Part shown: positions 32,395 to 41,513 of the stretch, one piece after another
Layout: each line of letters opens with the position of its first letter
Numbering within the stretch: the first letter of the stretch is position 1
Origin: a virus
Taxonomy: Duplodnaviria > Heunggongvirae > Uroviricota > Caudoviricetes
IMG/VR virus record: IMGVR_UViG_2563366819_000003
Span: 1 to 55,732 of that record
Length of the DNA stretch: 55,732 nt
Strand: one strand, 5' to 3'
Position numbers and translations under genes: made by a program
Notes under the pieces: model-generated
Database searches by the model: none
Told to the model about the DNA's origin: nothing
The model's input: the letters and a program-made list of their open reading frames with translations, nothing else

Positions 32395-32778
32395 ATGCAG
32401 AATCATTACAATGACCTTAAGCCAATTGCCGAAATGATGTATCCGGATCCAGCAGTAGAGGAATTAAAGGCTATTGCTGACAAAATGCGTTTAAGTGAAC
32501 GCCTTGTTGATATGAATCAGGTGATGGAACTTACTACCCTTAGCCGTCGCACATTGCTAAACCTTGAGGCTCGCGGAGAGTTCCCCGAACGCGTACAGGT
32601 TACGGAAGGGCGTAAGGCCTGGTATTTAAGTGAAGTGATCGACTGGATAAACAATATTCCTCGATCTTCTGAATATTGCCGCGTACCTGTCCCAAAAAAG
32701 CCAGATGCGGCGCTATGCCTCAAGATTGAGCGTGTACGTCGCAATGCACGGGATGGTCGCTATAAGTTGATTGGTTGA
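32395..32778 (+). CDS. AlpA-like HTH protein (second copy in element)
   Basis: 127 aa; segment LTTLSRRTLLNLEARGEFPERVQVTEGRKAWYLSEVIDWI has the AlpA-family pattern. Confidence 0.55.
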   Translation: MQNHYNDLKPIAEMMYPDPAVEELKAIADKMRLSERLVDMNQVMELTTLSRRTLLNLEARGEFPERVQVTEGRKAWYLSEVIDWINNIPRSSEYCRVPVPKKPDAALCLKIERVRRNARDGRYKLIG

Positions 32779-32799
32779 TGAAATTAGGGCCTGTTCTGG

Positions 32800-32875
32800 C
32801 TGGCGGGTCCTTTCCGGCGATCCGGTAGGCTACGGGGCGGCGACCTCGCGGGTTTTCGCTATTTATGAGCCTTTT
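32800..32875 (+). other. cos: Satellite cos site: cosQ/cosN identical to helper (cosN gggcggcgacct at 32835..32846), downstream cosB-side sequence divergent
   Basis: gggtcctttccggcgatccggtaggctacggggcggcgacctcgcgggttttcgctatttatga matches helper 20042..20106 except for a short patch; sequence after atttatga differs completely from helper. Confidence 0.85.
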
Positions 32876-32994
32876 TCGGGTGCTGGTGGTGGTTTTGTTG
32901 TTCGCTCTATCTCTATGAATAAAAAGGAAAAGATAAAGCCAATACACCAACCTGAAACATTACTTAAGTGGGGATATTGATGAAATCGCACCTG

Positions 32995-33522
32995 ATGAAC
33001 AAAAAAAACATGGCGCAAAGCTGCCGTGTAAGTGCGACAGCGTTCGACAAGTGGGGAGTGACTCCCGTTGAACGTAAAGGCCGCGAGGCGTTTTATGATG
33101 TTGCCAGCGTAATAGACAATCGGGTTAGCAATGCAATTAACCAGATTACAGACGACAAAGGCGAGATTGATGATGATGAACTCCTACGAGTCAGGATCAG
33201 ATTGCTGACAGCACAGGCAGAGGCGCAGGAGCTTAAAAACGAGCGCGAACGCGGCGACGTTATTGATACAGCGTTTTGTATATACGTGCTTTCAAAATTG
33301 GCGAGTCAGATTTCTTCAATCATGGACAGCCTGCCGCTTGCCATGACAAGGAAGTTTCCCGACATGAAGCCGTCTATGCTGGATGGACTGAAAAAAGAAG
33401 TTATCAGAGCCTGTAACGCATGCGCAAAACTTGACGAAAACATACCGCTGATGCTGTCCGATTATCTGATGGAAACTGCCGGAAACGTACCGGATAAGTT
33501 GCAGCCGAATAAAGATAAGTAA
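32995..33522 (+). CDS. Terminase small subunit, Nu1-like with divergent N-terminal DNA-binding domain
   Basis: C-terminal two-thirds resembles Nu1 (ELKNERERGDVIDTAFCIYVLSKLASQISSIMDSLPLAMTRKFP... vs helper ELKNARDSAEVVETTFCTFVLSRIAGEIASILDGIPLSVQRRFP...); N-terminal about 50 aa differ. Start chosen at MNKKNMAQ. Confidence 0.8.
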   Translation: MNKKNMAQSCRVSATAFDKWGVTPVERKGREAFYDVASVIDNRVSNAINQITDDKGEIDDDELLRVRIRLLTAQAEAQELKNERERGDVIDTAFCIYVLSKLASQISSIMDSLPLAMTRKFPDMKPSMLDGLKKEVIRACNACAKLDENIPLMLSDYLMETAGNVPDKLQPNKDK

Positions 33523-33533
33523 CGTAGTACGCT

Positions 33534-33815
33534 ATGACTGAATCCGAAATACTGCGATTAATCCGCCGTGCTTGTGGAATCAGCAAGCAGCATGACGAAC
33601 AGGCCACGCAGCCGGACAGCGTGACCGCAGATAATTATGTGCGTGTAGTGGCTGAGGTGATGCGCCGTGACGGTATTGAGCTTAACGGCGTGGATATGCG
33701 CAACATACGAACAAGAGTCCTTGAGTTGCTGGCATATCGTCGCCGTTCTCAACAACGGAGGGAGAGCGCGAAAAATACTTACCAGTGGAAGAAGCCGGAA
33801 CGATTGCGGCGGTAA
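33534..33815 (+). CDS. Hypothetical basic protein
   Basis: 93-aa ORF immediately after TerS; Arg-rich C-terminus. Confidence 0.35.
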   Translation: MTESEILRLIRRACGISKQHDEQATQPDSVTADNYVRVVAEVMRRDGIELNGVDMRNIRTRVLELLAYRRRSQQRRESAKNTYQWKKPERLRR

Positions 33816-33824
33816 CTTGCTGAT

Positions 33825-34222
33825 ATTCCCGATAACGCAAAATTGCGCTGGCTGACTTGTTGCATTGCAAAAAGTTAAGCAGGAAGGCACGGCCTGTAAG
33901 ATGGGATGCAGTAAGTAGTTCAAGGCTACCTTGTGCTGGCACGCACAGTTAAGCCGTCGGTGCTGGATATCCCCCACTGGGGGAAAAGCTGGCTACATCC
34001 CTCACATCTGAGGACTGATAACGCGACATTGCGCTGGCTGGCAAAGTGCAAAATTGCACGATGGCCTAACCCATTGATTATTTCGAAAACCTGCAATGCA
34101 GGAAATCGGGGAAGTAAGCCTAAGCTATTGATTGTTTCGAAAACCCCCATTGGGGGATGTCGGGAAAGTAAGACTAACCCATTGATTCTTCCACAATCCT
34201 CAATTTGAGGAGGCCGGAACGT
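33825..34222. repeat. Array of short hairpin-forming palindromes with differing stems in an ORF-poor region
   Basis: cgcaaaattgcg (about 33834), cccccactggggg (33971..33983), cctcacatctgagg (34009..34022), gtgcaaaattgcac (about 34055), cctgcaatgcagg (34100..34112), cccccattggggg (34154..34166), cctcaatttgagg (34207..34219); three share a flanking motif attgatt..ttcgaaaac. Confidence 0.45.
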
Positions 34223-34630
34223 CTACATAGCTGCATCGCCGTAATGATGATTCAGCCCACCAGCCAAATCAGCACAGCAACGACAGAATAGCCCGACACA
34301 GAAAAACCACGAATATGGGGTTTTTGTTATGACATGGTCATGATGACCACTCATACAAAACAGGTAAAGCCCACCAGCCTGATTAAAGGTTAACCGGAAA
34401 AAAGCCAGGTATCCAATCTCGATATGGGGATCCCTATATCGACATTAACGCTCACTAAAACTGTGCATATATGCATAGAAAAAGCATCCACCAGCTTTAT
34501 GACGGATGCCGCTCATCTTATAAATAATCGTGTATTGCAGTGTGTATTGCGACTCCTTTAAACGATAGGTCTGAGCATTCGTAATGTACTGTTTTTAAAT
34601 TTTATTTTTTCCTGTCTTTTCATAAAGGCG

Positions 34631-35404
34631 ATGTATGCCGCCACCATTGAGAGTGAGCTGGATACGCAGTCAGCGATGGATTTTATTCTGGGCGCGAACA
34701 GTCAGGAGCAGCGGGAAAGGCTGACCGGCTGGATTGGTGAAATTGCCGCGTATTACGCCGCAGCGCCGGTCCGGCTGGGAGGCGCAAAAGTACCGCACCT
34801 GATGCCGGGTGACTCACTGAACCTGCAGACGGCTCAGGATACGGATAACGGCTACTCCGTGTTTGAGCAGTCACTGCTGCGGTATATCGCTGCCGGGCTG
34901 GGTGTCTCGTATGAGCAGCTTTCCCGGAATTACGCCCAGATGAGCTACTCCACGGCACGGGCCAGTGCGAACGAGTCGTGGGCGTACTTTATGGGGCGGC
35001 GAAAATTCGTCGCATCCCGTCAGGCGAGCCAGATGTTTCTGTGCTGGCTGGAAGAGGCCATCGTTCGCCGCGTGGTGACGTTACCTTCAAAAGCGCGCTT
35101 CAGTTTTCAGGAAGCCCGCAGTGCCTGGGGGAACTGCGACTGGATAGGCTCCGGTCGTATGGCCATCGATGGTCTGAAAGAAGTTCAGGAAGCGGTGATG
35201 CTGATAGAAGCCGGACTGAGTACCTACGAGAAAGAGTGCGCAAAACGCGGTGACGACTATCAGGAAATTTTTGCCCAGCAGGTCCGTGAAACGATGGAGC
35301 GCCGCGCGGCTGGTCTTAAACCGCCCGCCTGGGCGGCTGCGGCATTTGAATCCGGGCTGCGACAATCAACAGAGGAGGAGAAGAGTGACAGCAGAGCTGC
35401 GTAA
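34631..35404 (+). pseudogene. B: Portal protein B, C-terminal fragment (257 aa), in frame with N-terminal fragment if the insert is removed
   Basis: MYAATIESELDTQSAMDFILGANSQEQ... continues lambda B exactly where the 22906..23735 fragment stops. Confidence 0.9.
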
Positions 35405-36704
35405 TCTCCCGCATATTGCCAGTATGGCCTTTAATGAGCCGCTGATGCTTGAACCCGCCTATGCGCGGGTTTTCTTTTGTGCGCTTGCAGGCCAGCTTGG
35501 GATCAGCCGCCTGACGGATGCGGTGTCCGGCGACAGCCTGACTGCCCAGGAGGCACTCGCGACGCTGGCATTATCCGGTGATGATGACGGACCACGACAG
35601 GCCCGCAGTTATCAGGTCATGAACGGCATCGCCGTGCTGCCGGTGTCCGGCACGCTGGTCAGCCGGACGCGGGCGCTGCAGCCGTACTCGGGGATGACCG
35701 GTTACAACGGCATTATCGCCCGTCTGCAACAGGCTGCCAGCGATCCGATGGTGGACGGCATTCTGCTCGATATGGACACGCCCGGCGGGATGGTGGCGGG
35801 GGCATTTGACTGCGCTGACATCATCGCCCGTGTGCGTGACATAAAACCGGTATGGGCGCTTGCCAACGACATGAACTGCAGTGCAGGTCAGTTGCTTGCC
35901 AGTGCCGCCTCCCGGCGTCTGGTCACGCAGACCGCTCGGACAGGCTCCATCGGCGTCATGATGGCTCACAGTAATTACGGTGCTGCGCTGGAGAAACAGG
36001 GCGTGGAAATCACGCTGATTTACAGCGGCAGCCATAAGGTGGATGGCAACCCCTACAGCCATCTTCCGGATGACGTCCGGGAGACACTGCAGTCCCGGAT
36101 GGATGCAACCCGCCGGATGTTTGCGCAGAAGGTGTCGGCATATACCGGCCTGTCCGTGCAGGCTGTGCTGGATACCGAGGCTGCAGTGTACAGCGGTCAG
36201 GAGGCCATTGATGCCGGACTGGCTGATGAACTTGTCAACAGCACCGATGCGATCACCGTTATGCGTGAGGCACTGGATGCACGTAAATCCCGTCTCTCAG
36301 GAGGGCGAATGACCAAAGAGACTCAATCAACAACTGTTTCAGCCACTGCTTTGCAGGCTGACGTTACTGACGTGGTGTCAGCGACAGAGGGCGAGAACGC
36401 CAGCGCGGCGCAGCCGGACGTGAACGCACAGATCACCGCAGCGGTTGCGGCAGAAAACAGCCGCATTATGGGGATCCTCAATTGTGAGGAGGCTCACGGA
36501 CGCGAAGAACAGGCCCGCGTGCTGGCAGAAACCCCCGGTATGACCGTGGAAACGGCCCGCCGCATTCTGGCCGCAGCACCACAGAGTGCACAGGCGCGCA
36601 GTGACACTGCGCTGGATCGTCTGATGCAGGGGGCACCGACACCGCTGGCGGCAGGTAACCCGGCATCTGATGCCGTTAACGATTTGCTGAACACACCAGT
36701 GTAA
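35385..36704 (+). CDS. C: Capsid assembly protease/scaffold C (Nu3 scaffold encoded in-frame in 3' portion)
   Basis: Matches lambda C from (M/V)TAELRNLPHIASMAFNEPLML...; start is GTG at 35385 overlapping B end. Confidence 0.88.
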   Translation: MTAELRNLPHIASMAFNEPLMLEPAYARVFFCALAGQLGISRLTDAVSGDSLTAQEALATLALSGDDDGPRQARSYQVMNGIAVLPVSGTLVSRTRALQPYSGMTGYNGIIARLQQAASDPMVDGILLDMDTPGGMVAGAFDCADIIARVRDIKPVWALANDMNCSAGQLLASAASRRLVTQTARTGSIGVMMAHSNYGAALEKQGVEITLIYSGSHKVDGNPYSHLPDDVRETLQSRMDATRRMFAQKVSAYTGLSVQAVLDTEAAVYSGQEAIDAGLADELVNSTDAITVMREALDARKSRLSGGRMTKETQSTTVSATALQADVTDVVSATEGENASAAQPDVNAQITAAVAAENSRIMGILNCEEAHGREEQARVLAETPGMTVETARRILAAAPQSAQARSDTALDRLMQGAPTPLAAGNPASDAVNDLLNTPV

Positions 36705-36713
36705 GGGATGTTT

Positions 36714-37046
36714 ATGACGAGCAAAGAAACCTTTACCCATTACCAGCCGCTGGGCAACAGTGACCCGGCTCATACCGCAACCGCGCCAGGCGGATTGAGT
36801 GCGAAAGCGCCTGCAATGACCCCGCTGATGCTGGACACCTCCACCCGTAAGCTGGTTGCGTGGGATGGCACCACCGACGGTGCTGCTGTCGGCATTCTTG
36901 CTGTTGCTGCTGACCAGACCAGCACCACGCTGACGTTCTACAAGTCCGGCACGTTCCGTTATGAGGATGTGCTCTGGCCGGAGGCTGCCAGCGACGAGAC
37001 GAAAAAACGGACCGCGTTTGCCGGAACGGCAATCAGCATCGTTTAA
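36714..37046 (+). CDS. D: Head decoration protein D
   Basis: 110 aa, [42 protein letters not shown]... as lambda D. Confidence 0.95.
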   Translation: MTSKETFTHYQPLGNSDPAHTATAPGGLSAKAPAMTPLMLDTSTRKLVAWDGTTDGAAVGILAVAADQTSTTLTFYKSGTFRYEDVLWPEAASDETKKRTAFAGTAISIV

Positions 37047-37101
37047 CCTTACCCTTCATCACTAAAGGCCGCCTGTGCGGCTTTTTTTACGGGATTTTTT
37101 T

Positions 37102-38127
37102 ATGTCGATGTACACAACCGCCCAGCTGCTGGCGGCAAATGAGCAGAAATTTAAGTTTGATCCGCTGTTTCTGCGTCTCTTTTTCCGTGAGAGCTATCCC
37201 TTCACCACGGAGAAAGTCTATCTCTCACAAATTCCGGGGCTGGTAAACATGGCGCTGTACGTTTCGCCGATTGTTTCCGGTGAGGTTATCCGCTCCCGTG
37301 GCGGCTCCACCTCTGAATTTACGCCGGGATATGTCAAGCCGAAGCATGAGGTGAATCCGCAGATGACCCTGCGTCGCCTGCCGGATGAAGATCCGCAGAA
37401 TCTGGCGGACCCGGCTTACCGCCGCCGTCGCATCATTATGCAGAACATGCGTGACGAAGAGCTGGCCATTGCCCAGGTCGAAGAGATGCAGGCAGTTTCT
37501 GCCGTGCTTAAGGGCAAATACACCATGACCGGTGAAGCCTTCGATCCGGTTGAGGTGGATATGGGCCGCAGTGAGGCGAATAACATCACGCAGTCCGGCG
37601 GCACGGAGTGGAGCAAGCGTGACAAGTCCACGTATGACCCGACCGACGATATCGAAGCCTACGCGCTGAACGCCAGCGGAGTGGTGAATATCATCGTGTT
37701 TGATCCGAAAGGCTGGGCGCTGTTCCGTTCCTTCAAAGCCGTCAGGGAGAAGCTGGATACTCGTCGCGGCTCTCATTCCGAGCTGGAGACAGCGGTGAAA
37801 GACCTGGGCAAAGCGGTGTCCTACAAGGGGATGTATGGCGATGTGGCCATCGTCGTGTATTCCGGACAGTACGTGGAAAACGGCGTCAAAAAGAACTTCC
37901 TGCCGGACAACACGATGGTGCTGGGGAACACTCAGGCACGCGGTCTGCGCACCTATGGCTGCATTCAGGATGCGGACGCACAGCGCGAAGGCATTAACTC
38001 CTCTGCCCGTTACCCGAAAAACTGGGTGACCACCGGCGATCCGGCGCGTGAGTTCACCATGATTCAGTCAGCACCGCTGATGCTGCTGGCTGACCCTGAT
38101 GAGTTCGTGTCCGTACAACTGGCGTAA
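37102..38127 (+). CDS. E: Major capsid protein E
   Basis: 341 aa from MSMYTTAQLLAANEQKFKFDPLFLRLFFRESYPF..., as lambda E. Confidence 0.96.
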   Translation: MSMYTTAQLLAANEQKFKFDPLFLRLFFRESYPFTTEKVYLSQIPGLVNMALYVSPIVSGEVIRSRGGSTSEFTPGYVKPKHEVNPQMTLRRLPDEDPQNLADPAYRRRRIIMQNMRDEELAIAQVEEMQAVSAVLKGKYTMTGEAFDPVEVDMGRSEANNITQSGGTEWSKRDKSTYDPTDDIEAYALNASGVVNIIVFDPKGWALFRSFKAVREKLDTRRGSHSELETAVKDLGKAVSYKGMYGDVAIVVYSGQYVENGVKKNFLPDNTMVLGNTQARGLRTYGCIQDADAQREGINSSARYPKNWVTTGDPAREFTMIQSAPLMLLADPDEFVSVQLA

Positions 38128-38168
38128 TCGTGGCCCTTCGGGGCCATTTTCTCTCTGTGGAGGAGTCC

Positions 38169-38564
38169 ATGACGAAAGATGAACTGATTGTCCGTCTCCG
38201 GTCGCTGGGTGAGCAACTGAACCGTGATGTCAGCCTGACGGGGACGAAAGAAGAACTGGCGCTCCGTGTGGCAGAGCTGGAAGAGGAGCTTGATGACACG
38301 GATGACGCTGCCGGTCAGGATACCCCTCTCAGACCGGAAAATGCGCTGACCGGACATGAAAATGAGGTGGTATCAGAGCAGCCGGATACCATGATTGATA
38401 CGGCTGCTCTGGTCACGGTCGTGGCACTGGTGACGCTGCATACTGATGCACTTCACGCCACGCGGGATGAACCTGTGGCATTTGTGCTGCCGGGAACGGC
38501 GTTTCGTGTCTCTGTCGGTGTGGCAGCCGAAATGACAGAACGTGGCCTGGCCAGAATGCAATAA
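38169..38564 (+). CDS. FI: DNA-packaging protein FI
   Basis: MTKDELIVRLRSLGEQLNRDVSLTGTKEELALRVAELEEEL... as lambda FI. Confidence 0.9.
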   Translation: MTKDELIVRLRSLGEQLNRDVSLTGTKEELALRVAELEEELDDTDDAAGQDTPLRPENALTGHENEVVSEQPDTMIDTAALVTVVALVTLHTDALHATRDEPVAFVLPGTAFRVSVGVAAEMTERGLARMQ

Positions 38565-38575
38565 CGGGAGGCGCT

Positions 38576-38929
38576 GTGGCTGATTTCGATAACCTGTTCG
38601 ATGCTGCCATTGCCCGCGCCGATGAAACGATACGCGGGTACATGGGAACGTCAGCCACCATGACATCCGGTGAGCAGTCCGGCGCTGTGATACGTGGTGT
38701 TTTTGATGACCCTGAAAATATCAGCTATGCCGGACAGGGCGTACGCGTTGAAGGCTCCAGCCCGTCCCTGTTTGTCCGGACTGATGATGTGCGGCAACTG
38801 CGGCGTGGAGACACGCTGACCATCGGTGAGGAAAACTTCTGGATAGATCGTGTTTCGCCGGATGATGGCGGAAGCTGTCATCTCTGGCTTGGGCGGGGCG
38901 TACCGCCTGCCGTTAACCGTCGCCGCTGA
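38576..38929 (+). CDS. FII: Head completion protein FII
   Basis: 117 aa, MADFDNLFDAAIARADETIRGYMGTSATMTSGEQ... as lambda FII. Confidence 0.9.
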   Translation: MADFDNLFDAAIARADETIRGYMGTSATMTSGEQSGAVIRGVFDDPENISYAGQGVRVEGSSPSLFVRTDDVRQLRRGDTLTIGEENFWIDRVSPDDGGSCHLWLGRGVPPAVNRRR

Positions 38930-38940
38930 AAGGGGGATGT

Positions 38941-39519
38941 ATGGCCATAAAAGGTCTTGAGCAGGCCGTTGAAAACCTCAGCCGTATCAGCAAAACGGCG
39001 GTGCCTGGTGCCGCCGCAATGGCCATTAACCGCGTTGCTTCATCCGCGATATCGCAGTCGGCGTCACAGGTTGCCCGTGAGACAAAGGTACGCCGGAAAC
39101 TGGTAAAGGAAAGGGCCAGGCTGAAAAGGGCCACGGTTAAAAATCCGCAGGCCAGAATCAGGGTTAACCGGGGGGATTTGCCCGTAATCAGGCTGGGTAA
39201 TGCGCGGGTTGTCCTGTCCCGACGCAGGCGTCGTAAAAAGGGGCAGCGTTCATCCCTGAAAGGTGGCGGCAGCGTGCTTGTGGTGGGAAACCGTCGTATT
39301 CCCGGCGCGTTTATTCAGCAACTGAAAAATGGCCGGTGGCATGTTATGCAGCGTGTGGCCGGGAAAAACCGTTACCCCATTGATGTGGTGAAAATCCCGA
39401 TGGCGGTGCCACTGACCACGGCGTTTAAACAGAATATTGAACGGATACGGCGTGAGCGTCTTCCGAAAGAGCTGGGCTATGCGCTGCAGCATCAACTGAG
39501 GATGGTAATAAAGCGATGA
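38941..39519 (+). CDS. Z: Tail completion protein Z
   Basis: 192 aa, lambda Z-like. Confidence 0.9.
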   Translation: MAIKGLEQAVENLSRISKTAVPGAAAMAINRVASSAISQSASQVARETKVRRKLVKERARLKRATVKNPQARIRVNRGDLPVIRLGNARVVLSRRRRRKKGQRSSLKGGGSVLVVGNRRIPGAFIQQLKNGRWHVMQRVAGKNRYPIDVVKIPMAVPLTTAFKQNIERIRRERLPKELGYALQHQLRMVIKR

Positions 39520-39911
39520 AACATACTGAACTCCGTGCAGCCGTACTGGATGCACTGGAGAAGCATGACACCGGGGCGACGTTTTTTGATGGTCGCCCCG
39601 CTGTTTTTGATGAGGCGGATTTTCCGGCAGTTGCCGTTTATCTCACCGGCGCTGAATACACGGGCGAAGAGCTGGACAGCGATACCTGGCAGGCGGAGCT
39701 GCATATCGAAGTTTTCCTGCCTGCTCAGGTGCCGGATTCAGAGCTGGATGCGTGGATGGAGTCCCGGATTTATCCGGTGATGAGCGATATCCCGGCACTG
39801 TCAGATTTGATCACCAGTATGGTGGCCAGTGGCTATGACTACCGGCGCGACGATGATGCGGGCCTGTGGAGTTCAGCCGATCTGACGTATGTCATTACCT
39901 ATGAAATGTGA
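39516..39911 (+). CDS. U: Tail terminator protein U
   Basis: 131 aa, lambda U-like. Confidence 0.9.
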   Translation: MKHTELRAAVLDALEKHDTGATFFDGRPAVFDEADFPAVAVYLTGAEYTGEELDSDTWQAELHIEVFLPAQVPDSELDAWMESRIYPVMSDIPALSDLITSMVASGYDYRRDDDAGLWSSADLTYVITYEM

Positions 39912-39918
39912 GGACGCT

Positions 39919-40659
39919 ATGCCTGTACCAAATCCAACAATGCCGGTGAAAGGTGCCGGGACCACACTGTGGGTTTATAAGGGGAACGGTGACCCTTATG
40001 CGAACCCGCTTTCAGACGTTGACTGGTCGCGTCTGGCAAAAGTTAAAGACCTGACGCCCGGCGAACTGACCGCTGAGTCCTATGACGACAGCTATCTCGA
40101 TGATGAAGATGCAGACTGGACTGCGACCGGGCAGGGGCAGAAATCAGCCGGAGATACCAGCTTCACGCTGGCGTGGATGCCCGGAGAGCAGGGGCAGCAG
40201 GCGCTGCTGGCGTGGTTTAATGAAGGTGATACCCGTGCCTATAAAATCCGCTTCCCGAACGGCACGGTCGATGTGTTCCGTGGCTGGGTCAGCAGTATCG
40301 GTAAGGCGGTGACGGCGAAGGAAGTGATCACCCGCACGGTGAAGGTCACCAATGTGGGACGCCCGTCGATGGCAGAAGATCGCAGCACAGTAACAGCGGC
40401 AACCGGCATGACGGTAACACCAGCCAGTGCTTCCGTAGTGAAAGGGCAGAGCACCACGCTGACCGTGGCATTCCAGCCGGAAGGCGTAACCGACAAGAGC
40501 TTCCGTGCGGTGTCTGCGGATAAAACAAAAGCCACCGTGTCGGTCAGTGGTATGACCATCACCGTGAACGGCGTTGCTGCAGGTAAGGTCAACATTCCGG
40601 TGGTATCCGGTAATGGTGAGTTTGCTGCGGTTGCAGAAATCACCGTCACCGCCAGTTAA
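39919..40659 (+). CDS. V: Major tail protein V
   Basis: 246 aa from [22 protein letters not shown]..., C-terminal Ig-like domain; as lambda V. Confidence 0.9.
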   Translation: MPVPNPTMPVKGAGTTLWVYKGNGDPYANPLSDVDWSRLAKVKDLTPGELTAESYDDSYLDDEDADWTATGQGQKSAGDTSFTLAWMPGEQGQQALLAWFNEGDTRAYKIRFPNGTVDVFRGWVSSIGKAVTAKEVITRTVKVTNVGRPSMAEDRSTVTAATGMTVTPASASVVKGQSTTLTVAFQPEGVTDKSFRAVSADKTKATVSVSGMTITVNGVAAGKVNIPVVSGNGEFAAVAEITVTAS

Positions 40660-40674
40660 TCCGGAGAGTCAGCG

Positions 40675-41097
40675 ATGTTCCTGAAAACCGAATCATTTGA
40701 ACATAACGGTGTGACCGTCACGCTTTCTGAACTGTCAGCCCTGCAGCGTATTGAGCATCTCGCCCTGATGAAACGACAGGCAGAACAGGCGGAGTCAGAC
40801 AGCAACCGGAAGTTTACTGTGGAAGACGCCATCAGAACCGGCGCTTTTGTGGTGGCGATGTCCCTGTGGCATAACCATCCGCAGAAGACAAAGCTGCCTT
40901 CCATGAATGAAGCCGTTAAACAGATTGAGCAGGAAGTGCTTACCACCTGGCCCACGGAGGCAATTTCTCATGCTGAAAACGTGGTGTACCGGCTGTCCGG
41001 TATGTATGAGTTTGTGGTGAATGATGCTCCTGAACAGGCAGATGACGCCGGGCCTGCAGAGCCTGTTTCTGCGGGAAAGTGTTCGACGGTGAGCTGA
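40675..41097 (+). CDS. G: Tail assembly chaperone G
   Basis: 140 aa, lambda G-like; slippery site GGGAAAG at 41073..41079 near 3' end. Confidence 0.9.
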   Translation: MFLKTESFEHNGVTVTLSELSALQRIEHLALMKRQAEQAESDSNRKFTVEDAIRTGAFVVAMSLWHNHPQKTKLPSMNEAVKQIEQEVLTTWPTEAISHAENVVYRLSGMYEFVVNDAPEQADDAGPAEPVSAGKCSTVS

Positions 41098-41513
41098 GTT
41101 TTGCCCTGAAACTGGCGCGCGAGATGGGGCGACCCGACTGGCGTGCCATGCTTGCCGGGATGTCATCCACGGAGTATGCCGACTGGCACCGCTTTTACAG
41201 TACCCATTATTTTCATGATGTTCTGCTGGATATGCACTTTTCCGGGCTGACGTACACCGTGCTCAGCCTGTTTTTCAGCGATCCGGATATGCATCCGCTG
41301 GATTTCAGTCTGCTGAACCGGCGCGAGGCTGACGAAGAGCCTGAAGATGATGTGCTGATGCAGAAAGCGGCAGGGCTTGCCGGAGGTGTCCGCTTTGGCC
41401 CGGACGGGAATGAAGTTATCCCTACTTCCCCGGATGTGGCGGACATGACGGAGGATGACGTAATGCTGATGACAGTATCAGAAGGGATCGCAGGAGGAGT
41501 CCGGTATGGCTGA
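41079..41513 (+). CDS. T: T portion of the G-T programmed -1 frameshift product
   Basis: ORF in -1 frame relative to G beginning at the slippery heptamer GGGAAAG (41073..41079); lambda T-like sequence. Confidence 0.8.
   Translation: MFDGELSFALKLAREMGRPDWRAMLAGMSSTEYADWHRFYSTHYFHDVLLDMHFSGLTYTVLSLFFSDPDMHPLDFSLLNRREADEEPEDDVLMQKAAGLAGGVRFGPDGNEVIPTSPDVADMTEDDVMLMTVSEGIAGGVRYG

Noticed and set aside
32800-32875. Second cos site as a sign of a tandem or duplicated prophage end or misassembly
   Set aside because: Only about 65 bp around cosN are shared with the helper cos; flanking genes are different and belong to a coherent element with its own integrase and replication genes.
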